A stretch of 64,000 bases of DNA from Nannocystales bacterium (GTDB lineage Bacteria; Myxococcota_A; Polyangia; Nannocystales; Nannocystaceae), in assembly GCA_050633305.1 (NCBI GenBank), contig JBOEGF010000010.1, forward strand, positions 320,001-384,000, in the 5' to 3' direction. Each line of letters begins with the position of its first letter. Within the stretch, counting starts at the first letter, position 1. Shown piece by piece: positions 46,533 through 56,252 of this stretch. A program made the translations under genes and the position numbers. Below the pieces are notes generated by a model. That model made no database searches and had not been told where the DNA came from. It worked only from the letters and a program-made list of their open reading frames with translations.

Positions 46533-46831
46533 GTGCTGCGCCGGGGGGTGGTCCGTGCGCCATCGCCCGGGTCCTCGTGCCTGGGCACGATCTCGATCCG
46601 CGGGCTTGGCATCCCGCTTCATCGCAGAATGGGCGTTCGCCGAGCGCCGCGGTCCGGCGGCCATGGTCGAGAACCGGTTGCCCGACCCGGTGCAGACGCT
46701 GTTCACGGACGTCTGAGGGCGACGCTCGAGGTTCGCGCGCCATGTGGGTTCGGCTGCCACCGCTCGGCGCGGTCCTGTCCCCTGGCACCACCGAGCGTCG
46801 CAGGCTGGACAGCCGCCGCTATAGTTGAAGG

Positions 46832-49800
46832 GTGCTTCGACGTCTCGCACCCGTTGCAGCGCTCGCCGCCGTTTTGGGTTGCTCCGAGCGCCCCCGGGCC
46901 GCTGAATCGACCTCGGCGTCGAGTCTGTTGATCCTACCGACCGCCGCTGACCCCGCGATGGAGCGGCTGTCGGTGGAGGCGAGCGCATACTTGGAACGCA
47001 TCACCGGGGATGTCCCCCGCATCGAGCAGACCGACGACTGGAATCGCGCCCGGACCCTGGCGCGAGACGCCCGGACTCCGCTGGTGGTCGTTTTGGACGC
47101 GTCGAACCTCCTGCCCGAGCGCTACGACGGCCCGCGCCTCGAGGCGCTCGGAGAATCGGGGTTTGTGCTCGACGCCTTCGAAGAGGGTTCTTGGCGCTCC
47201 ACCGACGGTGGATTCGGCTCGGCCTTTGTCATGCTCGATGGCAACACCGTGCTCGCGCAGCAGTACGCACTGTACGAGTCGTTGCGCCGGCTGGGTGTTC
47301 GGTTCTTCCATCCGGAGCACGAGTTCGTTCCGGAGCACGCCCTCGCCGACCTGCGACCGCTCGCGTTGCGCCCCACCGCGCTGCATCGTGAAGGGCTCGA
47401 CTACATCCCCGACTACGCGTGGCGGTCCTGGTCGTTTCATGGCTCGCACCCGCTCGAGCACCTCGAGTCCTTCTCCGACGGCGACGTGCCCATCGACGAG
47501 GCCCGCAACGTCAACGCGTGGATCGTGAAGAACCGCGGCAATCGCTTTCGTGGAGCCGGGCGAGGTGTGGCCTCCGACGAGTCGCGCGCGCGTAGGGTCG
47601 ATGAACTCGAGGCGCTGCGCACGGACATGGGGTTTGCGCGGGGCACGGGCATCACGCTGCACAACGAACAACAAGGTGCCAGCGCCGAGATCGATCCCAC
47701 CCGTCCCGAGCCCGTTCAAGAGCAGATCGAAACACTGGTCGCGCGCAAACTCGCGGAGGTTCCCGACGCGCGGTGGTTCGGGATTCACTTCGGCCCCACC
47801 GAGTTCACGACGACACCCGACCAGCAAACCGTGCAGTGGATGGAGTGGGCAGGGGCCAAGGCGTTGGAGCTTCGCCCCGACATCGATGTGTTGATCAACG
47901 TGCACATCACCGGGAGCCAGCCCACGCCGAACTTCGGCGACCAGGGGTGCGCGCCCGGGACCAACACCGACGGTCTTGGCGACTACTACGACCTCGCGTT
48001 TCAGACCGACCCGGGGCTGGGCGTTTCGGTGCACACGGTGATGTTCTACCCGCTCGAGGGGGAGGCTCGTGTCTACAACCAGCAGACCTTCAGCCACAAA
48101 CTGTGCTTGATGGAGCGGGCCTCGGCACAGGGACGGCCGATGCAGTGGTTTCCGGAGGGATCGTGGTGGCTCAGCTTCGACAACAGCGTCCCCGTCTACC
48201 TTCCGCTGTACCTGTGGACTCGGCATCGAGACGTCGAGCTCACCAAACACCTGCTCGCCGCGCGTGGTCGGGGCACGCTGTACTCGCACCGTATGTTCAA
48301 CTCCGGGCACGAGTGGGGCTACTGGCAGCAGGACTACGCTGTCGGACTGTGGGCGTGGAACGTGGACGTCTCGCTGCGCGCTGCGCTCGGGGAGATGTTC
48401 GACCCGCTTTGCGCACCGTCGCAGTGGGAAGGGTGCGAGGCTCGGGCCGAAGCGATCGAGGTGCTCGAGGCGGTGATGGATCACCAGCGCGAGTTTTTTC
48501 TCGAGCGGACGGATTGGCAGGGGCGACCCGGTGGCCTCTACAGCTACTTCGCAGGGGAGGACCAAGCCGACGAGATCGCGGCGGCCAGTGGCTTCGAGTT
48601 CCGGCCGGTCCGGGTGCCGTTCTCCACGGTGCACGGCTGGGATGGCGAACAGCTGGATGTGTTCGAAACTACCGACCTGACGGCGCTCGCCGAAGCGGCC
48701 ACCCTCGGCCACGGCTGGGCGGACAGGCTCGAAGCACTGCAGGTGCCCGAAGCTGGCCAGCCCTGGTTGGACGAGCTCATCGATGGGGTCCGCATCAACG
48801 CTTTGAGAGCCGAGCACACCGAGGCGCTGTATCGGGCGATCGTGGCAGATCGCCGAGGGGAGCTCGCCGGGGCCCAGCCGCCACACACGGATGCCGATGC
48901 CCAGTTCGCCGTGGCCGAGGCTGCGTTCGAGGCGAGCGAAGCGGTCATCCGAAGGCGTGAGGCCGCGTATCGCTATCCCGCCGAGCAGGTTCTCGGCGGA
49001 GGGCTTTCACCGGACACGGCCGTGGCCAACGGCACCACCTACGGATACCGCGTCCACACCAAGACGCACCTGCTCACCTACTGGCAGAACCGGCACGACG
49101 AGGTCGCCGTGATCCTAGGGGGCGGCTCGGTCGACGCGGCGATGTCGGTCCGCTTCGAGGATTCGATGACCGCGGTGGGTGCAGCGCTGGATCTGTCGTG
49201 GCCCGATATCCTCGACCTCGCCGGGACGGTCTCGGTCGGTGCGGAGCAAGTGGGACCCGACGACGCCGAGCTCAACCTGGGGGACGAGCCCGGGTACTGG
49301 GCGGTCGATGGCGAGCTCACCACGAACGGGGCACCGCTTCCTGTCTCGGGCGCCGTGGTGCGGTCGGCCATCCTGGGCGAGACCCCCGTGGGCGGTCTGC
49401 AACTCGAGCAGCCTGTCGCCCCGTTGGCTCAGACTGCGCTCGCATTCGTGATGCCCCCGCTGCGCTGGGGGTGGATCCCCGATGGTCCGGCGTTGGCTCT
49501 GGGCTACGACCCGGACGAGAATGGCTCCATCCTGCACGAGCACGTGCAACGCGCGGACGTGGCGAGTGGGGGCGAGGCCGGCTTCATCACCGAGCCGTTC
49601 TCGCTGACCATCCCGGTACAACGTAGCGGGGGAACAGTGCTGTACATCCGTGTCCAGCAGGCAGTGATCGCCGGGGCCGTCGAGACAGACGCGTTCTCCG
49701 ATGTCCTGGCTGTCACAGGCGAGATCCGGGTGGACGACCTGGTCACGGTTCTTGTGGAAATTGGCGGTTTCGACGGCGTTGGAGCCCTCGCGACGCTCTC

Positions 49801-49885
49801 GGAGATCCTGGACTTCGACCCCGTGCGTCCGCCTGTCACTGTCCCTTTGGCGGGGCAGTTCGAGGTGCAACGTTCGGCGCCGTAG
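46832..49885 (+). CDS. Large lipoprotein, possibly glycoside-hydrolase-like
   Basis: Lipobox AVLG-C. N-domain ESGFVL...DGN...QYALYESLRRLGVRFFHP...PDYAWRS resembles GH20/GH67/DUF4838-type N-termini. Confidence 0.7.
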   Translation: MLRRLAPVAALAAVLGCSERPRAAESTSASSLLILPTAADPAMERLSVEASAYLERITGDVPRIEQTDDWNRARTLARDARTPLVVVLDASNLLPERYDGPRLEALGESGFVLDAFEEGSWRSTDGGFGSAFVMLDGNTVLAQQYALYESLRRLGVRFFHPEHEFVPEHALADLRPLALRPTALHREGLDYIPDYAWRSWSFHGSHPLEHLESFSDGDVPIDEARNVNAWIVKNRGNRFRGAGRGVASDESRARRVDELEALRTDMGFARGTGITLHNEQQGASAEIDPTRPEPVQEQIETLVARKLAEVPDARWFGIHFGPTEFTTTPDQQTVQWMEWAGAKALELRPDIDVLINVHITGSQPTPNFGDQGCAPGTNTDGLGDYYDLAFQTDPGLGVSVHTVMFYPLEGEARVYNQQTFSHKLCLMERASAQGRPMQWFPEGSWWLSFDNSVPVYLPLYLWTRHRDVELTKHLLAARGRGTLYSHRMFNSGHEWGYWQQDYAVGLWAWNVDVSLRAALGEMFDPLCAPSQWEGCEARAEAIEVLEAVMDHQREFFLERTDWQGRPGGLYSYFAGEDQADEIAAASGFEFRPVRVPFSTVHGWDGEQLDVFETTDLTALAEAATLGHGWADRLEALQVPEAGQPWLDELIDGVRINALRAEHTEALYRAIVADRRGELAGAQPPHTDADAQFAVAEAAFEASEAVIRRREAAYRYPAEQVLGGGLSPDTAVANGTTYGYRVHTKTHLLTYWQNRHDEVAVILGGGSVDAAMSVRFEDSMTAVGAALDLSWPDILDLAGTVSVGAEQVGPDDAELNLGDEPGYWAVDGELTTNGAPLPVSGAVVRSAILGETPVGGLQLEQPVAPLAQTALAFVMPPLRWGWIPDGPALALGYDPDENGSILHEHVQRADVASGGEAGFITEPFSLTIPVQRSGGTVLYIRVQQAVIAGAVETDAFSDVLAVTGEIRVDDLVTVLVEIGGFDGVGALATLSEILDFDPVRPPVTVPLAGQFEVQRSAP

Positions 49886-49903
49886 GGGTGTAGACTCCAC
49901 CTG

Positions 49904-50881
49904 ATGAACGCCGTGGCTTGGTGGCTTCAGGATCCAACGGGAACGCGACGCGAGATCGGCGCGCGCGGCCTGTTGATCGGACGCGCGTCCGACTGCGACA
50001 TCGTTGTCGCCGAGCCCGAGGTCAGCCGTCATCAGATGCTGGTCCACCTCGAGTCCGGCGAGCCTCGGATGGTTCCGCTCGGAGCCGCGCCGTGCCTGGT
50101 CGATGGGAAAGCGGTCGACGCGCCGGTGAGTGTCGCCGAGGGGGTCACCCTTCGCATCGGTGAGCTCGAGCTTTCCGTGATCGCCGAGCCGAAGGAAGAC
50201 GATGGCCCGCGATGGCTGGTGCAGATGGTCGGGGGTGGCCTGTACTCCGTCGCGAAAGAACGCTTCACCATCGGGGGCGGAACCGGCGACGACCTCCGGA
50301 CGGATGCTCTCGCCCAAGGCGCGGTCACGCTCAGTCCTCGCGACGGGTTCGTTGCCGTCGAGGCCAACGTCGCCAACGTGAAGGTCGCGGGAAAGCTTCT
50401 CGAGGAAGGGGACGTGGGAACAGCGCGGGTCGGCGACCTGGTCAAAGCTGGGGGCCTCGCGCTTCGGGTCCTGGCAGGCGACTCCTCCTCCGCGGAGACC
50501 ACCCGGCATCATCTGCGCCCTGAGCCCGGGGCGACTTCGGTCACGCTCACGTTCTTGCCCCGTGGGGGTCGCGTCGAGATGCGCGTCGAAAAGCGCACCG
50601 TCACCGTCTACTTGGCCGAGCGCCGCTGCAACCTCATCGCAGCCCTGCTTCAGCCGCCGTCTGACTTCGCTCCGGGGGACTTCGTGGACGACGAAGTCGT
50701 CATTCCGCGGGTGTGGCCCAACCAGAGCAAGAGCCGAACCGACCTCAACACCTTGCTCCATAGGGTCCGGAAAGACCTGATCGGCGCCGGGGTCGATGGG
50801 GCTGGCTTGGTGGAGCGGGCCGAAGGTGGCGGTGCCACCCGATTCCGTCTCGGCAAAGATGCCGTCGTGAGCGTCGAGTAA
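49904..50881 (+). CDS. FHA-domain protein with a C-terminal winged-helix-like domain
   Basis: LLIGRASDCDIV...VSRHQ is an FHA domain. C-terminal LIAALL...IPRVWP...LNTLLHRVRKDL resembles an OmpR-type wHTH. Confidence 0.82.
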   Translation: MNAVAWWLQDPTGTRREIGARGLLIGRASDCDIVVAEPEVSRHQMLVHLESGEPRMVPLGAAPCLVDGKAVDAPVSVAEGVTLRIGELELSVIAEPKEDDGPRWLVQMVGGGLYSVAKERFTIGGGTGDDLRTDALAQGAVTLSPRDGFVAVEANVANVKVAGKLLEEGDVGTARVGDLVKAGGLALRVLAGDSSSAETTRHHLRPEPGATSVTLTFLPRGGRVEMRVEKRTVTVYLAERRCNLIAALLQPPSDFAPGDFVDDEVVIPRVWPNQSKSRTDLNTLLHRVRKDLIGAGVDGAGLVERAEGGGATRFRLGKDAVVSVE

Positions 50882-51003
50882 CCTCCCCGGCGCTCCGCTT
50901 CGCGCAAGCCACCAACATCCGGGAACCCCTTGTCTGCGGAGTGAAAGGCCCGTGCCAGGCACTGGGGCTGAGCCCAAGCCTGGTCCGTCGCGAGATATCG
51001 CGG

Positions 51004-52008
51004 CTACGCTTCTTCGCTCGCCTTCGCCAGGCTGTCTCGCAGCTCGGCTTTTCGTGTGCCGCCTACGAAGCTGGCTTCGATCGCGTTGTCGGCCAGGAGC
51101 TTCAGCTGCTCGTTCGACAGGCCGAGTGCCTGCTGACACTGGACGAAGTTGTCGTTCATGTAGCCTCCGAAGTACGCCGGGTCATCGGAGTTGATCGTCG
51201 CGCACAGACCCGCATCCAGCAGCTTGGGGAGGTTGTGCTGGGAGAGGTCGTCGAAGACACGCAGCTTGGTGTTCGACAGCGGGCATACCGTCAGGGGGAC
51301 GCGTTCGCTCGCCAATCGTTCGACGAGCTTGGCATCCTCGAGGCATCGCACGCCGTGGTCGATCCGCTCGACGTGAAGGGTGTCGAGCGCCCCCCAGATG
51401 TACTCCGGCGGGCCCTCTTCTCCGGCGTGTGCGACTCGGTGCAAGCCCTCCGCTCCCGCCAAGTCGAACGCGTCTGAAAAACGCTCGGGCGGGTTCCCAA
51501 CCTCGGCGCTGTCGAGGCCGACACCAATGAAATGCTCTCGGTACGGGAGAGCGTCCCGGAGTGTTTGCACCGCGGCTTCTCCGGAGAGATGTCGGAGGAA
51601 GCAAAGGATCAGCGAGGAGCTGATGCTCAACTCGTCTCGAGCCTTCTTGCAGGCCGCGGTCAGCCCCTCGATGACGGTGCCCATCGCGACGCCGCGATCG
51701 GTGTGGGTCTGCGGGTCGAAGAAGAGTTCCGCGTGTTCGACGTTGTCTCGATGGACACGTGTGAAGTAGGCCCAGGCGAGGTCGAAGAAGTCCTCCTGCT
51801 TCTGAAGGACGTTGGCGCCTTGGTAGTACAGGTCGAGGAAGTCCTGCAGGTTGCCGAAGTCGTAGGCTGCGCGGAGCTCGTCCACGGACGCATACGGCAA
51901 CGTGACTCCGTTGCGGTCTGCGAGCGCAAACATCAACTCCGGCTCGAGCGTGCCCTCGATGTGGAGATGCAGCTCGACTTTCGGCAGGCGTTCGGCGAAG
52001 GACGTCAT
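51004..52008 (-). CDS. add: Adenosine/adenine deaminase
   Basis: [30 protein letters not shown] and [10 protein letters not shown]. Confidence 0.95.
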   Translation of the reverse strand: MTSFAERLPKVELHLHIEGTLEPELMFALADRNGVTLPYASVDELRAAYDFGNLQDFLDLYYQGANVLQKQEDFFDLAWAYFTRVHRDNVEHAELFFDPQTHTDRGVAMGTVIEGLTAACKKARDELSISSSLILCFLRHLSGEAAVQTLRDALPYREHFIGVGLDSAEVGNPPERFSDAFDLAGAEGLHRVAHAGEEGPPEYIWGALDTLHVERIDHGVRCLEDAKLVERLASERVPLTVCPLSNTKLRVFDDLSQHNLPKLLDAGLCATINSDDPAYFGGYMNDNFVQCQQALGLSNEQLKLLADNAIEASFVGGTRKAELRDSLAKASEEA

Positions 52009-52027
52009 CGCGGGAGGATACTTGCGC

Positions 52028-52894
52028 TCAGTCCTTCGTGTCGCCGAAGAAGTAGGCGAATCCGATGCCCATGAACAGGCCCCCGTGGTCCCCGAGGTCG
52101 AAGCCGAACCCGGGGCCATTCGTCGTGCCCCGTTTCGCGCCGATCCCCCGGCCGGGGTTGGCGTCGAACTCACCGTTTTGGTCCGGCTCCCGGTTGCCTG
52201 GAATGATGCGAAACGCGACCCCGAACTCGGGCACGATCGCGACGCGTTTGCCGATGAACAGCTGGACGCTTGCGGGGATCTCCACGTCGATCTCGAGCGG
52301 CGTGTCGAGTGTGTCGGTTTCTTCCTCTTCGAGCTGGCCTAAGAATCCGAAGTATGCCGACACGCGGGCGCCGACGCCGAAGTCGGCGTGCACCTGTTGG
52401 CTGCGGTCACCCTGGAAAGGCCAGTAGAAGAACTCGGGACCCACACCCATGGCACCGACGGTTCGCGTGCGTTCGAACTCGCCGTTTTCGTCGGTGTCGC
52501 CGTGGGAGAATGTCGCGGCGCCGAGGTTGAGTCCGGCGGTAAATCGGTCCGCGGCGTACCAACGGACGAACAACCCGTTGAGGCCTGCGAGGGTTCGCAT
52601 CGCGCCGAATCCCACGCGGTTCTTCATCGGGGCCGCAGGGCTGCGGGCTTTCTTGGCCTTCTTCTTCTTCTTCTTTTTCTTCTTCGGCTTTGCGCTCGCG
52701 CTCACCGAGGCTTCGGCGTCGGACTCGGACGCATCAGCTTCGGTGTCTTCGGCCTCGTCCTCGGCTGCATCCTCCGCCTTGCCTTCGTCTTTTTCAGGCG
52801 CGGCCGCGGCGGGCGAGGCGAATGCGAGCGCTGCTCCGAGTGCAGCGGTGAGGGTGGTACGACGTGCGAGGGGTCCCCGAGCAAGCGAAGGCAC
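52028..52894 (-). CDS. Exported, probable outer-membrane beta-barrel protein with an acidic then poly-Lys linker
   Basis: Signal peptide ending ASPAAA, acidic stretch, [12 protein letters not shown], Gly/Phe-rich strands ending GIGFAYFF. Confidence 0.72.
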   Translation of the reverse strand: MPSLARGPLARRTTLTAALGAALAFASPAAAAPEKDEGKAEDAAEDEAEDTEADASESDAEASVSASAKPKKKKKKKKKAKKARSPAAPMKNRVGFGAMRTLAGLNGLFVRWYAADRFTAGLNLGAATFSHGDTDENGEFERTRTVGAMGVGPEFFYWPFQGDRSQQVHADFGVGARVSAYFGFLGQLEEEETDTLDTPLEIDVEIPASVQLFIGKRVAIVPEFGVAFRIIPGNREPDQNGEFDANPGRGIGAKRGTTNGPGFGFDLGDHGGLFMGIGFAYFFGDTKD

Positions 52895-53052
52895 GCGCCG
52901 AGTATATCCATGCTCGCGAAGTTGCTCGCGAACACGATGCAGTACATGTGTGACGAGGGACGTACCTTGTCGTGCATGCGGGGGGCGGCGGCACCGTTGT
53001 TGGGGGGCACGGACCCTTTCGCGTCCACTGCATCTCGCTACACTTGGTTGGG

Positions 53053-54867
53053 ATGTTGGGGAGGGTGCTAGCGATCGGACTCGGCGCGGTCGCGTGCGTT
53101 GGGTGTGGAGACGTCATCGGGCTCGACGCGAGCGACCCGGCACGCGGACCGGGACAGCTCGTCGGAAACGGAGCACCGATCACCGACGGGGTTTTCCGAG
53201 GTGGGGCGGATGCCATGCCCGAACCCCGGGACGTCGAGGCGCCGGCCGAGGGCTTGATCGTCGACTGTGATGGCGACTGCGCCAGCTACTGCGATGGCCT
53301 CCCGCTGGACAACCCGGTCAACGTTGGCATGTGCCCGGTGACCTGGGGCGCGGGGCTCTCGACGAGGCCGCTCGATCGCGGGGAAGCATGCCGTCGGCTC
53401 TACGCCGACTTGCTCGGACGTTTCCCGAGTGCCGATGAAAGCGCGACGGTCTGCCAGGCCGAGACCTGGGGCCAGACGGTCTCGCAGCTCTTGGCGACAG
53501 ACGAGTTCGTGCGCGTGCAACAGCTTCGCTGGGCCGACCGCCTCCTGTACAACAACCGCGCCGTCAACTTCGAGCGCGCCTACGACATGGACGAACTGGT
53601 CGGCAAGGCGTTCGAGGGGCGCGTGGCTTGGGACGAGTTCGCCGCAGTGACCAGCGCGCACCCGGTCATCATGCGGCGGCTGGACACTCCCGCCGACCGG
53701 GCCGAGTTCATGTTCGAGCTGTTCCTGGGCCGCCCGCCGTACGAGGGCGAGCGCAGCGACATCGCGCGGCTGTATCGGCTGTGGAACAACGGCTACTTCG
53801 ACCATCCGCACGTTGGGCGGTTGCCTGACTCCTACATCGAGTTCGCGTGTGTCGACGACGAGGGGAACGCCGACCCGGCGACCATCGGCGAGTGCACGAG
53901 CGTTCTATGGGGTCACCAGGAACTCACCCTGAGGCCCGATGCGAAGCGTGTCACCAAGTCGGGGGAACTCGAGGGCTTGCTGTGGACAGGAAAGCTGCTC
54001 CCCGAGGAGTGGCAGAAGCTTCAGCTTCCGGGGCGGATCATCGCGAGCGACCCTGCATTCTGGGAGTTCATCGTCGAAGAAACACTCACCCGTTATCTCG
54101 GGTATGACCTCGCGGTCGACGCTCCGGCGGTGCGCCACGAACTCGTGAAGTATCTGCTGGAGTACCAGGGCGACATCCGAGCCCTGCACTACGCGATCGC
54201 CACATCGTTTGCGTACCTCCAGTCGTCTCGGGGTGGGGCGGAGACCGAGCGCCGCTGGACCTACGGGCCCTACAAACAGATTCAGGTCGAAGGCTGGATC
54301 GACTCCATCAAGGCCACGACAGGCGCCAACTTGGCGCGTTGCGATCATCGCTTGCCGCACCCCGAGGACTACCTCGAGCCGGACGAAGAAGACGACGGAT
54401 ACGGAGGGGGACTCAGTGGTTGGGCCCTGGCGCTGATTCGCAACTCGGGGTGGCAGATGACGGGCGACCTCGAGGTCGAGGACAACTACCGCAACCTGGC
54501 TCGCACACTCGGTGGGTGTCCGTCCAACGAAGTCGGTGGACGGTTCACCACGATCAGCGTGCTTAACACGGCTGTCCAGGAATCGTTCGTCGCGGAGGTC
54601 TGCGGCATTGGTGATGCAGGCGGTGTCGATCTAGGGCGGCTGATACCTGGCGGTATGAGCGGAGACACGGTGCTGGACGACGCCACTGCGGATTCGATTC
54701 TCGCCTACCAGCAGGCCGTGTTCTTGGGGCGTAGCCCCGACGAGGAAGAAATCGAAGAAGCCCGCGCTGCAGCGTCGCAGTGCAATCCAGCCCCATGCAC
54801 GGCCGAGACGTTCGCGCGGCCGCTGTGTTTTGCCCTGCTCTCCAGCTCGGAGATGCTCTTCTACTAG
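53053..54867 (+). CDS. DUF1549/DUF1800-like lipoprotein
   Basis: Lipobox ACVG-C, CRRLYADLLGRFPS, LFLGRPP, FLGRSP and C-terminal CFALLSSSEMLFY; upstream of a DUF1501 gene. Confidence 0.72.
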   Translation: MLGRVLAIGLGAVACVGCGDVIGLDASDPARGPGQLVGNGAPITDGVFRGGADAMPEPRDVEAPAEGLIVDCDGDCASYCDGLPLDNPVNVGMCPVTWGAGLSTRPLDRGEACRRLYADLLGRFPSADESATVCQAETWGQTVSQLLATDEFVRVQQLRWADRLLYNNRAVNFERAYDMDELVGKAFEGRVAWDEFAAVTSAHPVIMRRLDTPADRAEFMFELFLGRPPYEGERSDIARLYRLWNNGYFDHPHVGRLPDSYIEFACVDDEGNADPATIGECTSVLWGHQELTLRPDAKRVTKSGELEGLLWTGKLLPEEWQKLQLPGRIIASDPAFWEFIVEETLTRYLGYDLAVDAPAVRHELVKYLLEYQGDIRALHYAIATSFAYLQSSRGGAETERRWTYGPYKQIQVEGWIDSIKATTGANLARCDHRLPHPEDYLEPDEEDDGYGGGLSGWALALIRNSGWQMTGDLEVEDNYRNLARTLGGCPSNEVGGRFTTISVLNTAVQESFVAEVCGIGDAGGVDLGRLIPGGMSGDTVLDDATADSILAYQQAVFLGRSPDEEEIEEARAAASQCNPAPCTAETFARPLCFALLSSSEMLFY

Positions 54868-54881
54868 GAGGCTCGCGACCC

Positions 54882-56252
54882 ATGGCACGTTCCAAGTTTT
54901 CGCGACGACGACTTCTGCAGGGCGCAGGTATGACTGCGGCCGGCCTGGCCTTCCCCCATCTGTGGATCCCGCGGGAGGTCAAGGCGACCGAGGCGTTCGG
55001 CACCGCCAAGCACCTCATCTACATCCGCCTCTCCGGTGGTTTTCGGTTCCCCGTCGCGTTCAACGGCGCGGTCGGTGAGCAGTTCAACCCCTTCGGGCTC
55101 GCCAGCGGTGTCGCCGGGGGGACCGAGTGGGGGGTGGGCCGGATGCTCGACCAGAACGAGTGGCGCACCGACGAACTCGCTGGGCTGGGCATGAAGCGGG
55201 TGCCGGAGTTCGCCAACGAGATGACCGTGCTCCCCTGTGTGGATCACGAGCCGCTCTCCGGTTCCGCGGATGGCAACCACGCCACGGGGCTCGAACGCTT
55301 TCTCACCGGTGAGGTGGGCGGGGCGACCGGGCTGTTCACGATGTTGGGGTATGGACTGCGCGAGCGCACCGAAGCCGACACGGCTGCGGGGGTCGTGAAT
55401 CTTCCGCCGGTCATCATGGGAGAGTCCGGGATGGGGCGGGGCTCGGGTGCTTACGCTGCGTATCGACCGGCGGTGTTGCGCGGGGATGACCTGGACCGCT
55501 TCGCCGCGGGTTCGACCGAGCAGCTCCCCGACTGGGCGCGTTCGATGGCCGAGGGCTACGACGTGCGCAACAAGGAGCGCCACAACCCCTCACACAGTCC
55601 CACCGTCGACGCGTACATCCGTTCTCGCGAAGCGACGCGGGCCTACGCCGACATCTTCTCCAGCGACATCCTCAAGGTCAGCGAGGGAAGCGGCGAGGTG
55701 TTCGACGGGCTGAGCAACGGGGAGTTGGCGACCGTCTTTGGAGACTCGGGGGGGGGCCGGGCGGTCCATCTCGCCTTGCGGCTGTTCCACTTCGGATGCC
55801 CCGCGGTCTACATCGACCAGGGGGGCTATGACATGCACTCCGACGAAGAGCAGGACTTGCCCGGCCGCATGGAGGAGTTCGTACAGATCCTCTCCGCGTT
55901 GGAGTGGTCGCTCAAGCGACTCGAGCACCCCAGCGGCGGCACCTACTGGGACCACACGATCGTTGCGGCAGGGAGCGAGTTCTCGCGCAGTGCCCGTGGA
56001 GCCCGCTTCAACTCGGCGCGTGGCAGCGACCACGGTGGCGACTTTGCAACGCGCTGGATGTCGATGCCGTTCATGGGAGGGCCGATCGGGGCCAAGGGGC
56101 AGAGCATCGGCAGCACCGATCCTGGCGACCTCAGTCCCACCGGCGATGTCTTCTCGTATCGCTCGACCTGGAAAACGATGATGGATTTCCTGGGTGCCGA
56201 GAGCTCTGAGTTCTTTCCCGCGGATGACCCGTATGATGCGCTCTGCCCCTAA
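54882..56252 (+). CDS. DUF1501-family Tat-exported protein
   Basis: AGGAG RBS, FSRRRLLQ Tat motif, IRLSGG, GGYDMHSDE, SEFSRS and GSDHG. Confidence 0.87.
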   Translation: MARSKFSRRRLLQGAGMTAAGLAFPHLWIPREVKATEAFGTAKHLIYIRLSGGFRFPVAFNGAVGEQFNPFGLASGVAGGTEWGVGRMLDQNEWRTDELAGLGMKRVPEFANEMTVLPCVDHEPLSGSADGNHATGLERFLTGEVGGATGLFTMLGYGLRERTEADTAAGVVNLPPVIMGESGMGRGSGAYAAYRPAVLRGDDLDRFAAGSTEQLPDWARSMAEGYDVRNKERHNPSHSPTVDAYIRSREATRAYADIFSSDILKVSEGSGEVFDGLSNGELATVFGDSGGGRAVHLALRLFHFGCPAVYIDQGGYDMHSDEEQDLPGRMEEFVQILSALEWSLKRLEHPSGGTYWDHTIVAAGSEFSRSARGARFNSARGSDHGGDFATRWMSMPFMGGPIGAKGQSIGSTDPGDLSPTGDVFSYRSTWKTMMDFLGAESSEFFPADDPYDALCP

